Assembly (NCBI GenBank): GCA_002633005.1
Contig: NMRA01000264.1
Span: 211,353-275,352, forward strand
From: Phoronis australis
Lineage: Eukaryota > Animalia > Phoronida
Reading direction: 5' to 3'
DNA: 64,000 bases
Made by a program: the position numbers and the translations under genes. The notes beneath the pieces were generated by a model. That model searched no databases. It saw only the letters and a program-made list of their open reading frames with translations, and was not told where the DNA came from. Within the stretch, counting starts at the first letter, position 1. Every line of letters begins with the position of its first letter. Below, in pieces: positions 12,301 to 25,400 of the stretch.

Positions 12301-13265
12301 AACTCTAGCCAATGAAAAGGGAAACATGGACAAACTTGCATTTCAACATGGGTGGTGACACAGAACTCCTATAGAAAGACTATTAAGTCCTTCTATTTAG
12401 ATTACAATTTGATTTGATTACTGGAAAATTCAGAGTATGATGAAACCACTTCAACATAAAACATGTACACCTCTTCAATAGCAGTTTTCTGTACTTAATA
12501 ATGACTCAGTATATGTTTGACCTGGAAACAAATTTCTCTGAACTACAGAGGGTGTGTCACAGTTGCAACTTAAGGCTGCCAATGCCACTTTACCAATTGA
12601 CCTATCGCAAGCTCTGCCCCCTTGCACAATGTCGACAAACAAACAATAAGTTTTACCCAGCAACATGTTGTTTGTCGGGTGAAATGGCGGCTTGGAAACG
12701 AAGGTGTGTCACGAATGCTGTGTTCTGATTGGTCAGTTAAGCCGTCACTCAAAATCCTGGCGATAGGTCAATTCCATAAAGCAAACTGAGCAATGTTCTT
12801 GACTAGTACAAGAGCTTGTGACTTTAAGTTTTAGCAATTAAGACTTCACCAGTGAAACTTGCAGTTTTGCTAGGTGTATGGATCATTTGTTATTTCATTT
12901 CTATATGTCTGTAATGACCAATTCTATACAGTTTTTCAGACAAAACTCCACAGTTAAAGCACAAATGCAAAAAGATTGCATTAACATTCATAATTCTTTG
13001 AAACATTAACAAAACACATAAAACACAGGAGCACTTGATGAGTGCTACAAGAACAAAATCAACTATAGGCCCGCATGTTGATTAGTACTTCATTAACATT
13101 TCTCTTCAACATAAACAAAAGGTTTTAAACAGAAGTTGTTGTACCGCTGTAAAAGTAATAACATTGCAGTCATCCACAAGCCCTTTCAGGCAGAAGACAG
13201 TACAATGTGTTCTTTTTAATTGCATTTCTCCAACTCATCTTCCATCGAATAATGGAAGCAGACAA

Positions 13266-13506
13266 TCACCCGCGTGGTACAAACTGTGTCAGGATTTGTC
13301 TGGCCATCTCTATGTTATTCTGTGAGATGGTCAGTGCTTGACAAATGGCAGACGTCTCGTAGCCCTCTTGAAGAAGAGCTTCCAGCGCCAATTTGTTGAC
13401 ACTAGGGTGTTGGGCATCATTTTCCTTGTTACAATCTGTCTGCTCTTTCAAGCCCACTTTAGTTCTAGCTGGAATATCTGGTGTTTTTTCCGGAGCTTTA
13501 TTTTTA
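13266..13506 (-). CDS. CBL: CBL last coding exon (UBA domain)
   Basis: tttcag| [55 protein letters not shown]; matches the CBL UBA pattern L..EGY....I..AL.I..NN.E.A..IL. Confidence 0.92.
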
Positions 13507-16500
13507 CTGAAAAAGAAAAAAGTTGGCTCTCAAATGTGTCGACAAAAGGTTGAAAATTTTGCTTCTATCGATATTGCAATTTGTTTTTTGGGAAATTAAA
13601 ATATTTTTTCTGAAAAACCCAACAAAATCACCATTCATCGAAAAATGGTTAAATTTATAATAAACTTCTTCAATGCTACATAAATTCTTTTGTTGAACTT
13701 ATGCTGAATATTTTGTCAGATTTCCTTTCGCAAATTTTGCCACAGCAATAAAAAACTTTTCTACCAAACTATTTCCTCTAGTTTGATAATTACAGTTAAC
13801 ATCGAGACAACTAAAAGTATCCAAAAGTATCTGTGATGTGTGTTGTGAGTAGACATGACATGACATCCTCATTGTACAGACAGATACATTATCAAAAGAA
13901 CTGAAACTGTAATGGAACTTCAGCCAAATGCAACAGGTTTTCAAATAGTTCAAGATGCATACATTTTAGGCTTGGAGGGGGTAACTAGTCCGAATAGTGG
14001 CTTAGAATTTTGGAAATGGTCGTAAATCATGGGTGTCGTTCACGCCTTCTGAAACTGACATGCAAACTCTGCTCTTAGTCATACAAGTGTTTGGCTGTGT
14101 AAGTAAACAAAGCTTAACAAAGGGTCAAGGTCCTGGTTGAAATGATAATTGTTTTACTACTCCATACGGGTTCTGAATAACCAATCCCGGAACATAACCA
14201 ACTTAATTCCGACTTTTTGATTGCTTTTTTGCCAACGAATAAATGTTTCTGATCAGTAACAGTCACATCACATTCTGATTACACAGCATAACCATTACTA
14301 CAGGTATCAAAACCAAAAATGAAAGTTTCCCCATGTTTTCTGTTACTACACAGTCCATGATACACTGATGAGCAACTGAATGAAGGGTTAGGCTTATGTA
14401 GAACCCTAATGACACCTCTGCGTATTTTAGCAAAACATCTAAAAAACTATGGACAGGCATTTTCTAAAAGTAGAAAGCTTATAACATTTAATTTCACCAA
14501 TGTCATTAATTTGGCCAAGTGGTGATGTATTTTAGCAAAAAAGAAAGATTTACTGACAGCAAAATAATGGTATTAATAACATGATCAAATTTTATTCGAT
14601 ACAAATATTCCAGGTGAGATCTCAAAATGTTATTGTTTTTTAACAATACTTTGTTTTTGTTTTATGTAACCTTTTCATGTAAGTACTAATTTTGATGGCC
14701 TCATGCAAACCATTTTAAAAACAATTCCTAACACCGATTTTGAGAATATTGCATTAAGTTTTAGTATCTGAAAGTTTCTTATGAATCTGAAGCCATGTCT
14801 GAGATATGATGTTCCAAACTTGGCCCAAAGTGGACATTTTTCTAGCCAGGGTCTAATATAACATTAAAGGGAACTACCAACTTGGGTAGTCTAGGGTCAT
14901 TTTAAGCAAAAAAAGAGGTCTTTGACCTTCAGAATGGTTTCGATTACTTGAGATGCAATTAACTGATGCTTATCTCTTTGAAGGACAAACTGACAAAAAT
15001 TGCCGCAGAACTTCATTTCATATGAGAGACAACACCAAAAAATGACAGACATGGTAGAGACAGGTGAACACTACCGTGGTAGAGACAGGTGAACACTGCC
15101 GTGCTAGAGACAGGTGAACACTGCCGCGGTAGAGACAGGTGAACACTGCCGCGGTAGAGACAGGTGAACACTGCCGCGGTAGAGACAGGTGAACACTGCC
15201 GTGGTAGAGACAGGTGAACACTACCGTGGCACAGTAAACATCACATCATGATTATAGTTGCATGAAAATTCACACAGTATCATTTTATAATTAATAATAA
15301 AGTGACTCGGATATTTTAGGAGTCAACTTCATTTGAAAGTAATTGAAACAACACAGTTATCAACGATATGTTTTGATTTTCTTTGAATTTCCCAGACATT
15401 TTCCATGAATTTCCCAGACATTTTCCATGAATTTCCAAGACACTTTCCATAAATTTCTCATACATTTTCCATAATGTTGATTTTGCCACAAAAAGTAGAG
15501 ATAGTAATTTTTAAAATTGACAACAACCAAGCGTGATTCACAGCATGAACTTGCTTAAAAGACCTGTAAAATGAAGTCAAAATTCTCCATGCGTTTTTGC
15601 ACCAGTTGTTGCCCATTTTTCATTTTCCACAAGTTTTCCATGAATGGAAACCACTTGTTTGTGAATTTCCAGGATGTGTGAATTTGCCTAAACATCATCC
15701 AACCTTACCCCTGTTTAACTGGCCTGTGTGAAGGAATGGGGGGTGGAAAGTCATACTCGCTGGGTACTCTCTTGACTGTAGGGTGTTCAGGGGCAGTGGG
15801 AGAATCTGAAAGGGGAAACAAAAGTGACAAGCAAATCACAATAATCTGATGAGACAGTACTACACTTCTAGATGTCAATTATAAGTTGTATGACATTATT
15901 TGGTTCATGTAGGAAGGGATGGTATCAATTTTGAAACATGAATTTTCAATGTAAAATATACCACATGTCTAAATGACAAGATAACTCGGACTTCACCCTT
16001 CACAACAGCCGAGTAAGCAAAACTCACTGTATCACAGAAGCCATGCACAATGACTAAGAATCACACGGTATTTACCAAAAACCCAATTCTATAGTAAGCA
16101 TTAGCCAAAACAAAGAGTCATTACCCATTTACTAAAATTGAAAAAGGAGTTAGCCCTCACAAAACGGAATTTCGTCTGATCACTTTTGGTACATACTGAG
16201 CACAACAACAACAACATAAAGGTTTTTTGTGCTTTCAACCTTTCTTAAGTACAAAAACTCCAAATAAATCTTTACCTGTGATGTCAGCGCTCAATAACTA
16301 ACCATATGCTAATCAAGGCAATACTATAACTAACATGGCAAGTTGTGAGAGCTTGCACAAGTGAGGAATCAAGAATTTTTAATGCAGTAACTAGTCAAAT
16401 CATAGTAAAGAGTGTTGTAATTCTTTACACCGTATGGTAACACTTAAACCACAACAGATCTGTTTACCAGACACGGCCTCAGGTGTCATTAGTGCTGTGT

Positions 16501-19500
16501 TGTCTTCATTCAGCTGAGGGAGAAATTCAAACGGGTCAAATTCTGCACTGAAGTTGGGTGTCAGGTTCTGGTGGATTATCTCGGCATACATCACTGTAAG
16601 AAGCATGGAGTAAGACATCCTTACTAATACTAGTTAGAGTTCAGCAATTCTACACTGATTCCGTACAAAAATAATCAACAAAATTCTCATTTTTGCATTT
16701 TTTAAAAGCTGACTATTTTACTACTAATAATAGAAAATTCACCAAAAGTTGTTTTATGACACCTGCATTGTATATTAAGCCATTGTAGAAACAGAATAAA
16801 TCACACTTCAATTTTATTTTGTGGAGAAATTGACAAAATAGAATTTCACTTGTCAGCCATATTGCATGCTAAATAAGTGAAGACTTACCATATTATTAAT
16901 TATTGAAGATTCATGCAACACTAATTAAGCGAGGTTGAAATCACAAACAAACTGACACAAATCAAGCTAGCAGTACAAAATCATCCTGTTAAAGAAATCA
17001 GTGCACTGTATTCACTCTGAGTGCACTGTATTCACTCTGAGTGCACTGTATTCACTCTGAGTGCACTGTATTCACTCTGTTCTTCTGTGGTGTGTGATTG
17101 GGAACAATAACACACCATATGATAAACAACAGTACATTAAACAACAGTACATTAAACAACAGTACATTAAACAAAGGAATATTTGCTAATAAGGTGATGC
17201 ACGATTTTCAGTAAAGTGCTACACGATAACGGTTACCAAAGACTAAAACCATTCCATTTTATAAAGTCTAAAAAAGTCAGTATCTTTTAAAAGTCTGTTT
17301 TTAAAACGTGTCTTTGAAACAGCCTTTAATTTTTTAAGCCTTGAACGGTTGGAAGTGTGGTAGAAGGGGATTCAATGGATAGAACTATGAGAACTGTCTA
17401 CAGTATAATCGAAAAATAATCAGACAAAATGACCTAGAATTCCTGATCATAACCGCCGAGTTCAAGCAGAATTTACTATTAGAGAGACCCTTCATGAACC
17501 ACCACAAATGGGAAACCGTAATTTCTCCAATTATTTTTTGTGTGTACTTGACAAGTATAAGGTGCCCTCAACATGCGAGAGTCTGATTTTTAAGCAAAAC
17601 TTACATTGCTCAGTGTAAAATTAATAATTAAACAAAATACAATCATGGCTTTTCACCAGCACTACATTTCAAAACAGGCGATTACGAGTTAAATTTTATG
17701 TTTCGCTGAAGATATCTGAACAAACAATAAACAACGACTGCATTTTTAAACAGACATCCTTACCATCATTATACAATAGAAATTCTTCGTCTATTTTCCA
17801 TCACAAAAGAAGAATCATGCCACTACCACAAGTACTATCAAAAGTACACCTACATACCAGCCGTGTCTGCAGCAGAGCTGTCGTTAGTGTTTTGCGAGTT
17901 CTGTCGTGACGTGCTGACCGAAATGGATGCCGGCTCCACCTGCTCTTCGTCGGGAGGCGTCGGGGGCAATTGTTTCCTAAAGTACAGAGCCACTTAACTA
18001 TTGATTCATTGTTTACAGGTCTGGTAAATGGCTGCCATGACAACTGCAGCCACTGCACATGAAGGCAACATTTTTCACCAAGGAAGTTTTTACCAAAGTA
18101 GCAGTTTTGTCAAAACTGAAACAGAAACTGATGTATGAGTGGCACAAATTGTTACCATTACTCTTATTATTACAGTTACTAGTAATATTATCTTTACTAT
18201 AATGATTATTACTATTATTATTTGCGTGTTGGAATCAAACTTCCTTTAATGTAAGTTCAGGTGTTGCACTGTATGCCTATACAAGTGCATGAGACATTCT
18301 AAACATACAATAGGACTCTGAGGAAGCTGGGATCAACTGAGATACGTGTTTTGTTCAACTGCACTTGCATTATGATTGTTATTGTCATTATCATTGTGAT
18401 TATTTTTAGTAATTTAATAACCATACTATTACACTGATATCCTGGGCCCACTTGCATAAACTCTAAAACTTCTCCGCTGGATAAATTTAATTTTTGCACG
18501 ACTCCAAAAAAATTATTCAACAGTAGCAACATGACATGCGATGACGCTATGTCATCGTTGATATCTTATATGCAACCAAACCCTGGTTTTCTCCATTCCA
18601 TCCTGTACTGCAATTAGTAACTACAAAATCCATATCACAACAGATCATAGACAACATATTCACAACTCCTATCCCTATGTGAATGCCCAGATGCAACTCA
18701 ATGCTTCGTAAGGAGCCATTCCACAATAACTGACACACAACATTTTGTTTGTTCATTGTTTTCATAACAGATAAGAAACGCGGAGTATATACTGTATCAT
18801 TAAATTAAAGTGCATAGCTAAACATCGCTACCATCAGACACTGATTCTGAGAAATTTTGTGCATTCACAATGTTGGAAGCCTTAGAACATGAAATAAAGA
18901 CCATTTTTGGCGATTTTTTCTGAAATTTTGTGACATCTTACAATACCATGCAAGATACACATGGCAATGACAGAACAAAGAGGCTATACTTACCTATGGT
19001 GTTTTGGTGATATTGTCGGCGAAGTTGGCGGGGAAACAGTGGGGGACGTCCTCTTGGGTGGAACAGGTGGGGGCGGAGCTTCACGCCTCTGTGGGTTGGG
19101 TGAGGGGCGGGGCGATCCAAAGGGTGTACCACCTCGGCACTGTTTAAGGAGAATGCATGGCATTACAAAATTCTATAGGTGGAACTACACAAACATCCCA
19201 ACAACAAGAAATGAATTGATTGCTAAGCATAAAATATAAAAAACAAAAGATAACTGGTTTATATGAATTTTATCATCAAAAATAGCGATTTAAATGTACA
19301 GAATAAGAACGCACGACCCACACAGCAAATATCTATCATTGATATGTAAGAAGAAAAGTTTTGCTAATTAAGAGACATCTCACATCAAGATCAGTGTCAA
19401 ACTGTGTCTTAGAATAGAATGAACATACAATTACTAGAAAATGTTATGCTACATCTATAAAAGCATAAATTTGTTGTCTGAGAAAAATGTCAAATCAAAG

Positions 19501-22378
19501 CATTAAAAAAGGCATAGTAACGTAGTAGGAAAGGTCTCTAATTGGTAGCACTGTCACCCTCTCCTTCCCCCACCGCCACCCTCTCCCTCCCCCACCCTCT
19601 CCCACTCTCNNNNNNNNNNNNNNNNNNNNNNNNNNNNNNNNNNNNNNNNNNNNNNNNNNNNNNNNNNNNNNNNNNNNNNNNNNNNNNNNNNNNNNNNNNN
19701 NNNNNNNNNNNNNNNNNNNNNNNNNNNNNNNNNNNNNNNNNNNNNNNNNNNNNNNNNNNNNNNNNNNNNNNNNNNNNNNNNNNNNNNNNNNNNNNNNNNN
19801 NNNNACCCTCTCCCTCCCCCACTCCCACCCATTCCTGTGCCATTCATACATTATGTCCACAACTAATTCCACAACACTTCAAATCGTAAAAATTGAGATT
19901 CTAAAGCAAAGCCAAGTTGAAATAAGTCAACCATCAGAGAAAACGTGATGACTGATTGTTACAATCATAATTATGTGAAAAACTGTGTTGCCTCAACTTA
20001 TTAACAGAAATTAGGCCCTGTGCCACTGTACGTTTGCTGCACATACAACATCTAGAGCCAATACAGTTTCCTATTCAGACACTCAATATTTCTCTTAGCT
20101 ATACTGAAAGCCTTCCACAGGGATGCGGAATAAAACACAGCGTGACCAATAAACAGAAGACCGAGATTTAATGTCTCACATCTCCTGTCATTAACGGGTT
20201 ACAGTTGTAATATCGCCTGGGATACGTCTTCAATGCATCAATCAATTTAGTAACCGGAGGTTTCAAAGATCTAGTAGCTACACCATTTGGCTTAAATAAA
20301 CTGAGCGTGAAAAAACTTGCAACTTCACATTCAGATTAACTATGTTTGAGATACTTTGATACACCAAAGCGCCACCAATTATGAGCTCCAAGCTGGCCAC
20401 AGTATACCCGTGGAAGATAAGAAGACTGTCTGATGTAAGACCATGAATAACTTCTTCTGACCAACATAAAATCAAAGCAAAATTATTGTTACTTCCCATT
20501 GAAAAATATTGTTCCAACATAAGACATACGAGTTGTATGCCAATGTTATGCTCATGTGCAATATAGCGAACATCCAATGGATTTGCCAGCATGTCATGCT
20601 GAAGTAGGTCCTCCCATAACCTTTGACATACGTTGTCATGACAACCCCTTTATTGACATCCATTAAGGTAGGAAGGAAGAAGGAAAAATCCATTACTAAG
20701 TAATGGTAATCTGCAGTTTTGAATGCAATAGAGAAAATTCAACGCACATTGTAGATTATATAAATACATATCAGGACTTGGTTATTCAGAGAATACATCA
20801 AGGATATCAAAGTTTAAGGAATAGCAAATGTCTCGGACAACCAAGCTACAGTCATAACAGTAAACGAGGAAACAATTGTATTTTTACAATTTCAGTAAAA
20901 TCATATAAGAGCCATTGACTATTGTTTAGGTAAATATGACTATAAATATTACTATATTTACCTTGGCACTTTGAGTAAATTAACTTCATGATAGTCATAA
21001 AAATAGAGTGGTGACCTAAGGAAAGTTAAAATACCCTTCTTGTATTCTATGGTTTTTCTGTGGTCAGAATGGAGTACATTCTAGGACTGGTGTTATTTTG
21101 ACTTTATTCTCACTTCAACTTTATTTGAAGCTGGCCATTTTTAATCAGCCAATGCATCACTCAATATAAATTCCAAATAAAAGCTTAAAATACAAATTGA
21201 CATATCAACTGTTCAGTTCAATTCCATTATCGAAGCATAAAATATTAGTTTCCTGCAAGCAAATGTTCAAAATCTAACAGGTGTTTTGATAATACTTTCC
21301 AATCAAAACCTGCACTATCCTAGTTTGAAAGCAAAAGATGAAAATCGCTGGTCAGTCTCTGCATGTTTATAGTACATGGGACAGTTGTAATCAACATCTA
21401 CACATCCAACCAACTAAGCTAAGGGAGTTAAAAACCAAGCCAGCTAGAGACATGTAAAGCAGAATGTGTAATACACAATATGAGTGCCACCTAGTGCCCT
21501 GCAGAGAAATGATCACCTTCACAAAGTGCTGGGTTTAGGTCTACATCACGAAGGGTCGCCTCTGCAAGCGTAGATTGCATGCATCGAGGCAGACATCACA
21601 GGACGTGAAGTAATTAAACACGGCCACGGCCAGGTAAGAGGATAGTTACACATGACGCAGGTAGAAACTCGTTAAGTAAAATTAATGATTAGGATGGAGA
21701 ACTGGGTCATGCAGTAGCAAGAATCTGTACCTGATGGTTTCTGGGCGTCAGAGCCAGAGTTTGTAAATTGCTAGATGCAAGCCATTGAGAAGGCTCCTAG
21801 AACAGAGAGAGAGTATACCCACTCAAAAAACACACACCTGCCGCAGAGGGTTTTACCGGAGGGGGTAGGGGACACTGATGTATAGCGCAGGGGTAAAAAA
21901 AACAACATTGGCAATGGCAAGTTGGTAATGTCACATGCACCATATCTAGCATCCATCTATCAAACATGACAACGTAAAAGCGGATATCCACCAGAGTCGT
22001 CACAATGTCAAAAGTATCAGACAATAATTCTCAAAGATTATATAAGAAGAGCAAACCATTACTGTATTGGGTTGCATAGAGATCCAGGGGGTACTCGATT
22101 ATAATTTTGATGGGGGTGCAGCTGGGAAATTAGGATACCGACTCAATTAGGGAATGGGTTAAAAACAGTAGTAGAAGACATAACATGTAGGTTAAAATCA
22201 GGACATGTTTGGCAACAAAAACTGATAATAGTAAACAGGCTACTGTACACTTTCGAACTCCCAAAGTGAGCACTTTTTGTGAGGAATTTTATCGGATAAG
22301 GTACCCCTCCATAAGGAAAAACTAAGCCTTCTGAGTAGGATGTACAATAGACCACTTCTCTTGGAGCACCCCTGAGAT

Positions 22379-22422
<44 letters not shown>

Positions 22423-25400
22423 AAATAAAACTCTCAACATTAAATAAAATTACTCACTCAGATGACCATACATGGGTATTGGCAGAGTTTTGTCAAAATG
22501 ATTAGTGCAAAAATTCTTCGGCTTGGGCAGAAAGGTTGGATTCAATTTTGTCAAACTACCCAACACACAAAAGTCACAACAAAATAATGTTAACATTGTT
22601 GCCAGCATGGTAAGTATGCTACAGAGGTTAACAAACTACATTTTACCTAATTTTGAGTTTGAACACCAATGTAGCAAGTCCGCGAAAATTAGATAAAAAT
22701 GATTCTACCAATTATTTTTGACTCGAAAAAATTTTTACCAGACGAGTGAGACATCAGGTCAGACAAACACCATCTGAAGCATACCATGACGGTGATACCA
22801 TAGCACACACTGGTAAGAACATTACCTAACATAACCACAGATCATTCACCACACATTCAAATACGCAAGTCAGTCACAGTCTGACTGCACCAGAATTTGG
22901 CGTAGGAGCATATCAGTAATTTTGCATGTTCTATTAGTATGCCACAGTGAACGACACTGATAAACACAGCACCACAAACAACACATCAGACACCAAACTT
23001 TGTATCTCGGACAAGCCCAAGCGAGTAATAAGACACCTTTATCACAAGCTTTGATTGTTCTGATGAGTATGAAACACAGCGCACCTCACACATGAACACA
23101 CCACTACACATACGATGTCAGACAAGGCAGTGCCAAACATCGTGGCTTTGACAGGCGCACACAAGAATTAAGACACCCCTGACTACACCCACTGGCATGT
23201 TCTGGAAGGGCTCTTGTGGATGACATAGCAAACCATAAGCAAACACAGGATGAATAATACTATAAATAACCAAAACACAAGTAATAACACTGAAGGTCAT
23301 AGGAAAATGTGAAAATCAATGGTAGAAAACCGTAATAATACTAGACGTGCCTCAAAGTTGTCATGATCATCATCGTCCATGTCTGCCAGTCGTTTATCGT
23401 GAATACTGACATGCCTCCTTGGATCAAACGGATCGACCACCACTTGTTCCGTGCCTTTTATTTCCGTCCGACAAAAAGGACAGTCGCGACCGTCTGAGTC
23501 CTAAAACACAATGACAAACATCACTGATTATCAATAGTATTTCCAAGGTAACAAGACCAGCAGTAGTTATTTTGGAAAATATTTTTAACTATATAGGGAG
23601 TTGTAGGCATCAAGAAGACACAACAAGACGTCAATATGGCACTACAGCCCTGCCACGTCACACTTGAACATGACACAAGACTCTTTAACTCTACACAGCA
23701 GCTGAAATTATTTAGCAGACAAAATTTGCAATCAGGATTGACAAATTCATTTTAAGAGTCAAAATTTTCAAATAATCCCAACATTAAAGCGTCTGCAAAA
23801 TAAAGATCCAACAACCTGGATGGACGACATGATCACTTAACCAACATTAACTTTAAAATAAACCAGTAGTAATAACTAAATTAATTCCAATAAGCTGGAT
23901 AGCCTATTAAGTAATTGACTGAGTGGTTTATAGACGCCAGTTGATTAATGTCTTTAATAACACTTTAAGTCACAAAATACTAGCATCATGACACACTCTA
24001 TCTTCTAGTGTGTATTCAAGTAGGGATCACACTATACTGAGCTAGAGCTAACAATGTACATCTTATAGTACAAGTATCAGGCCTTTATGCAGCGTACATC
24101 CTACCACTAATCTGGACGCCCTGGCAAGGACACCCAAAGTATCATTTGGACGCCCACTGTCAATAGGAACCTTTCAAGTTTGGACTCGCACATTGTAACT
24201 AGAAAGCTTATTGTCACGGCGTGACAATAACGGACTCTGCCCGTGCGTATTACTGGAATTATTATGAGAAGTTACTGACAGCAATCCGTTTACCAATATG
24301 AAAAGGAATTCTTTAAAATTGTAGGAGAAATTACATATTAATTTTTTGATGACCTTTCCACTAATTGACCTCTTCCGGTGCATTATGAGCCCCGATGAGG
24401 GAGTAATTGTTAACTCGATTAAAAGTGTGGTTAATGCTAATAATCACAAATGTTTTACTTTAAGCACTTCAGAATACAAGATGAATGAAGTGGTCAAACT
24501 TTCAGAAGANNNNNNNNNNNNNNNNNNNNNNNNNNNNNNNNNNNNNNNNNNNNNNNNNNNNNNNNNNNNNNNNNNNNNNNNNNNNNNNNNNNNNNNNNNN
24601 NNNNNNNNNNNNNNNNNNNNNNNNNNNNNNNNNNNNNNNNNNNNNNNNNNNNNNNNNNNNNNNNNNNNNNNNNNNNNNNNNNNNNNNNNNNNNNNNNNNN
24701 NNNNNNNNNNNNNNNNNNNNNNNNNNNNNNNNNNNNNNNNNNNNNNNNNNNNNNNNNNNNNNNNNNNNNNNNNNNNNNNNNNNNNNNNNNNNNNNNNNNN
24801 NNNNNNNNNNNNNNNNNNNNNNNNNNNNNNNNNNNNNNNNNNNNNNNNNNNNNNNNNNNNNNNNNNNNNNNNNNNNNNNNNNNNNNNNNNNNNNNNNNNN
24901 NNNNNNNNNNNNNNNNNNNNNNNNNNNNNNNNNNNNNNNNNNNNNNNNNNNNNNNNNNNNNNNNNNNNNNNNNNNNNNNNNNNNNNNNNNNNNNNNNNNN
25001 NNNNNNNNNNNNNNNNNNNNNNNNNNNNNNNNNNNNNNNNNNNNNNNNNNNNNNNNNNNNNNNNNNNNNNNNNNNNNNNNNNNNNNNNNNNNNNNNNNNN
25101 NNNNNNNNNNNNNNNNNNNNNNNNNNNNNNNNNNNNNNNNNNNNNNNNNNNNNNNNNNNNNNNNNNNNNNNNNNNNNNNNNNNNNNNNNNNNNNNNNNNN
25201 NNNNNNNNNNNNNNNNNNNNNNNNNNNNNNNNNNNNNNNNNNNNNNNNNNNNNNNNNNNNNNNNNNNNNNNNNNNNNNCAACAACAAAGGAAAAAACACA
25301 GATAGACTGGGAGTTGACCGTCTACCTCCCAACGCTAAGGAAAGAAATAACTATGCAGGAGTTGTGGCACAGCTTGTGGACGTCGTTGGACATCGAGGAC

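Noticed and set aside
17801-18058. 85-aa ORF as the CBL exon frame
   Set aside because: The phase-compatible exon uses the acceptor at 17977 in another frame (RKQLPPTPP..)
24384-24435. Hammerhead ribozyme (ccgatgag...ctcga) suggesting a Penelope-like element
   Set aside because: Conserved GAAA and stem III/cleavage triplet cannot be built; no RT or GIY-YIG nearby
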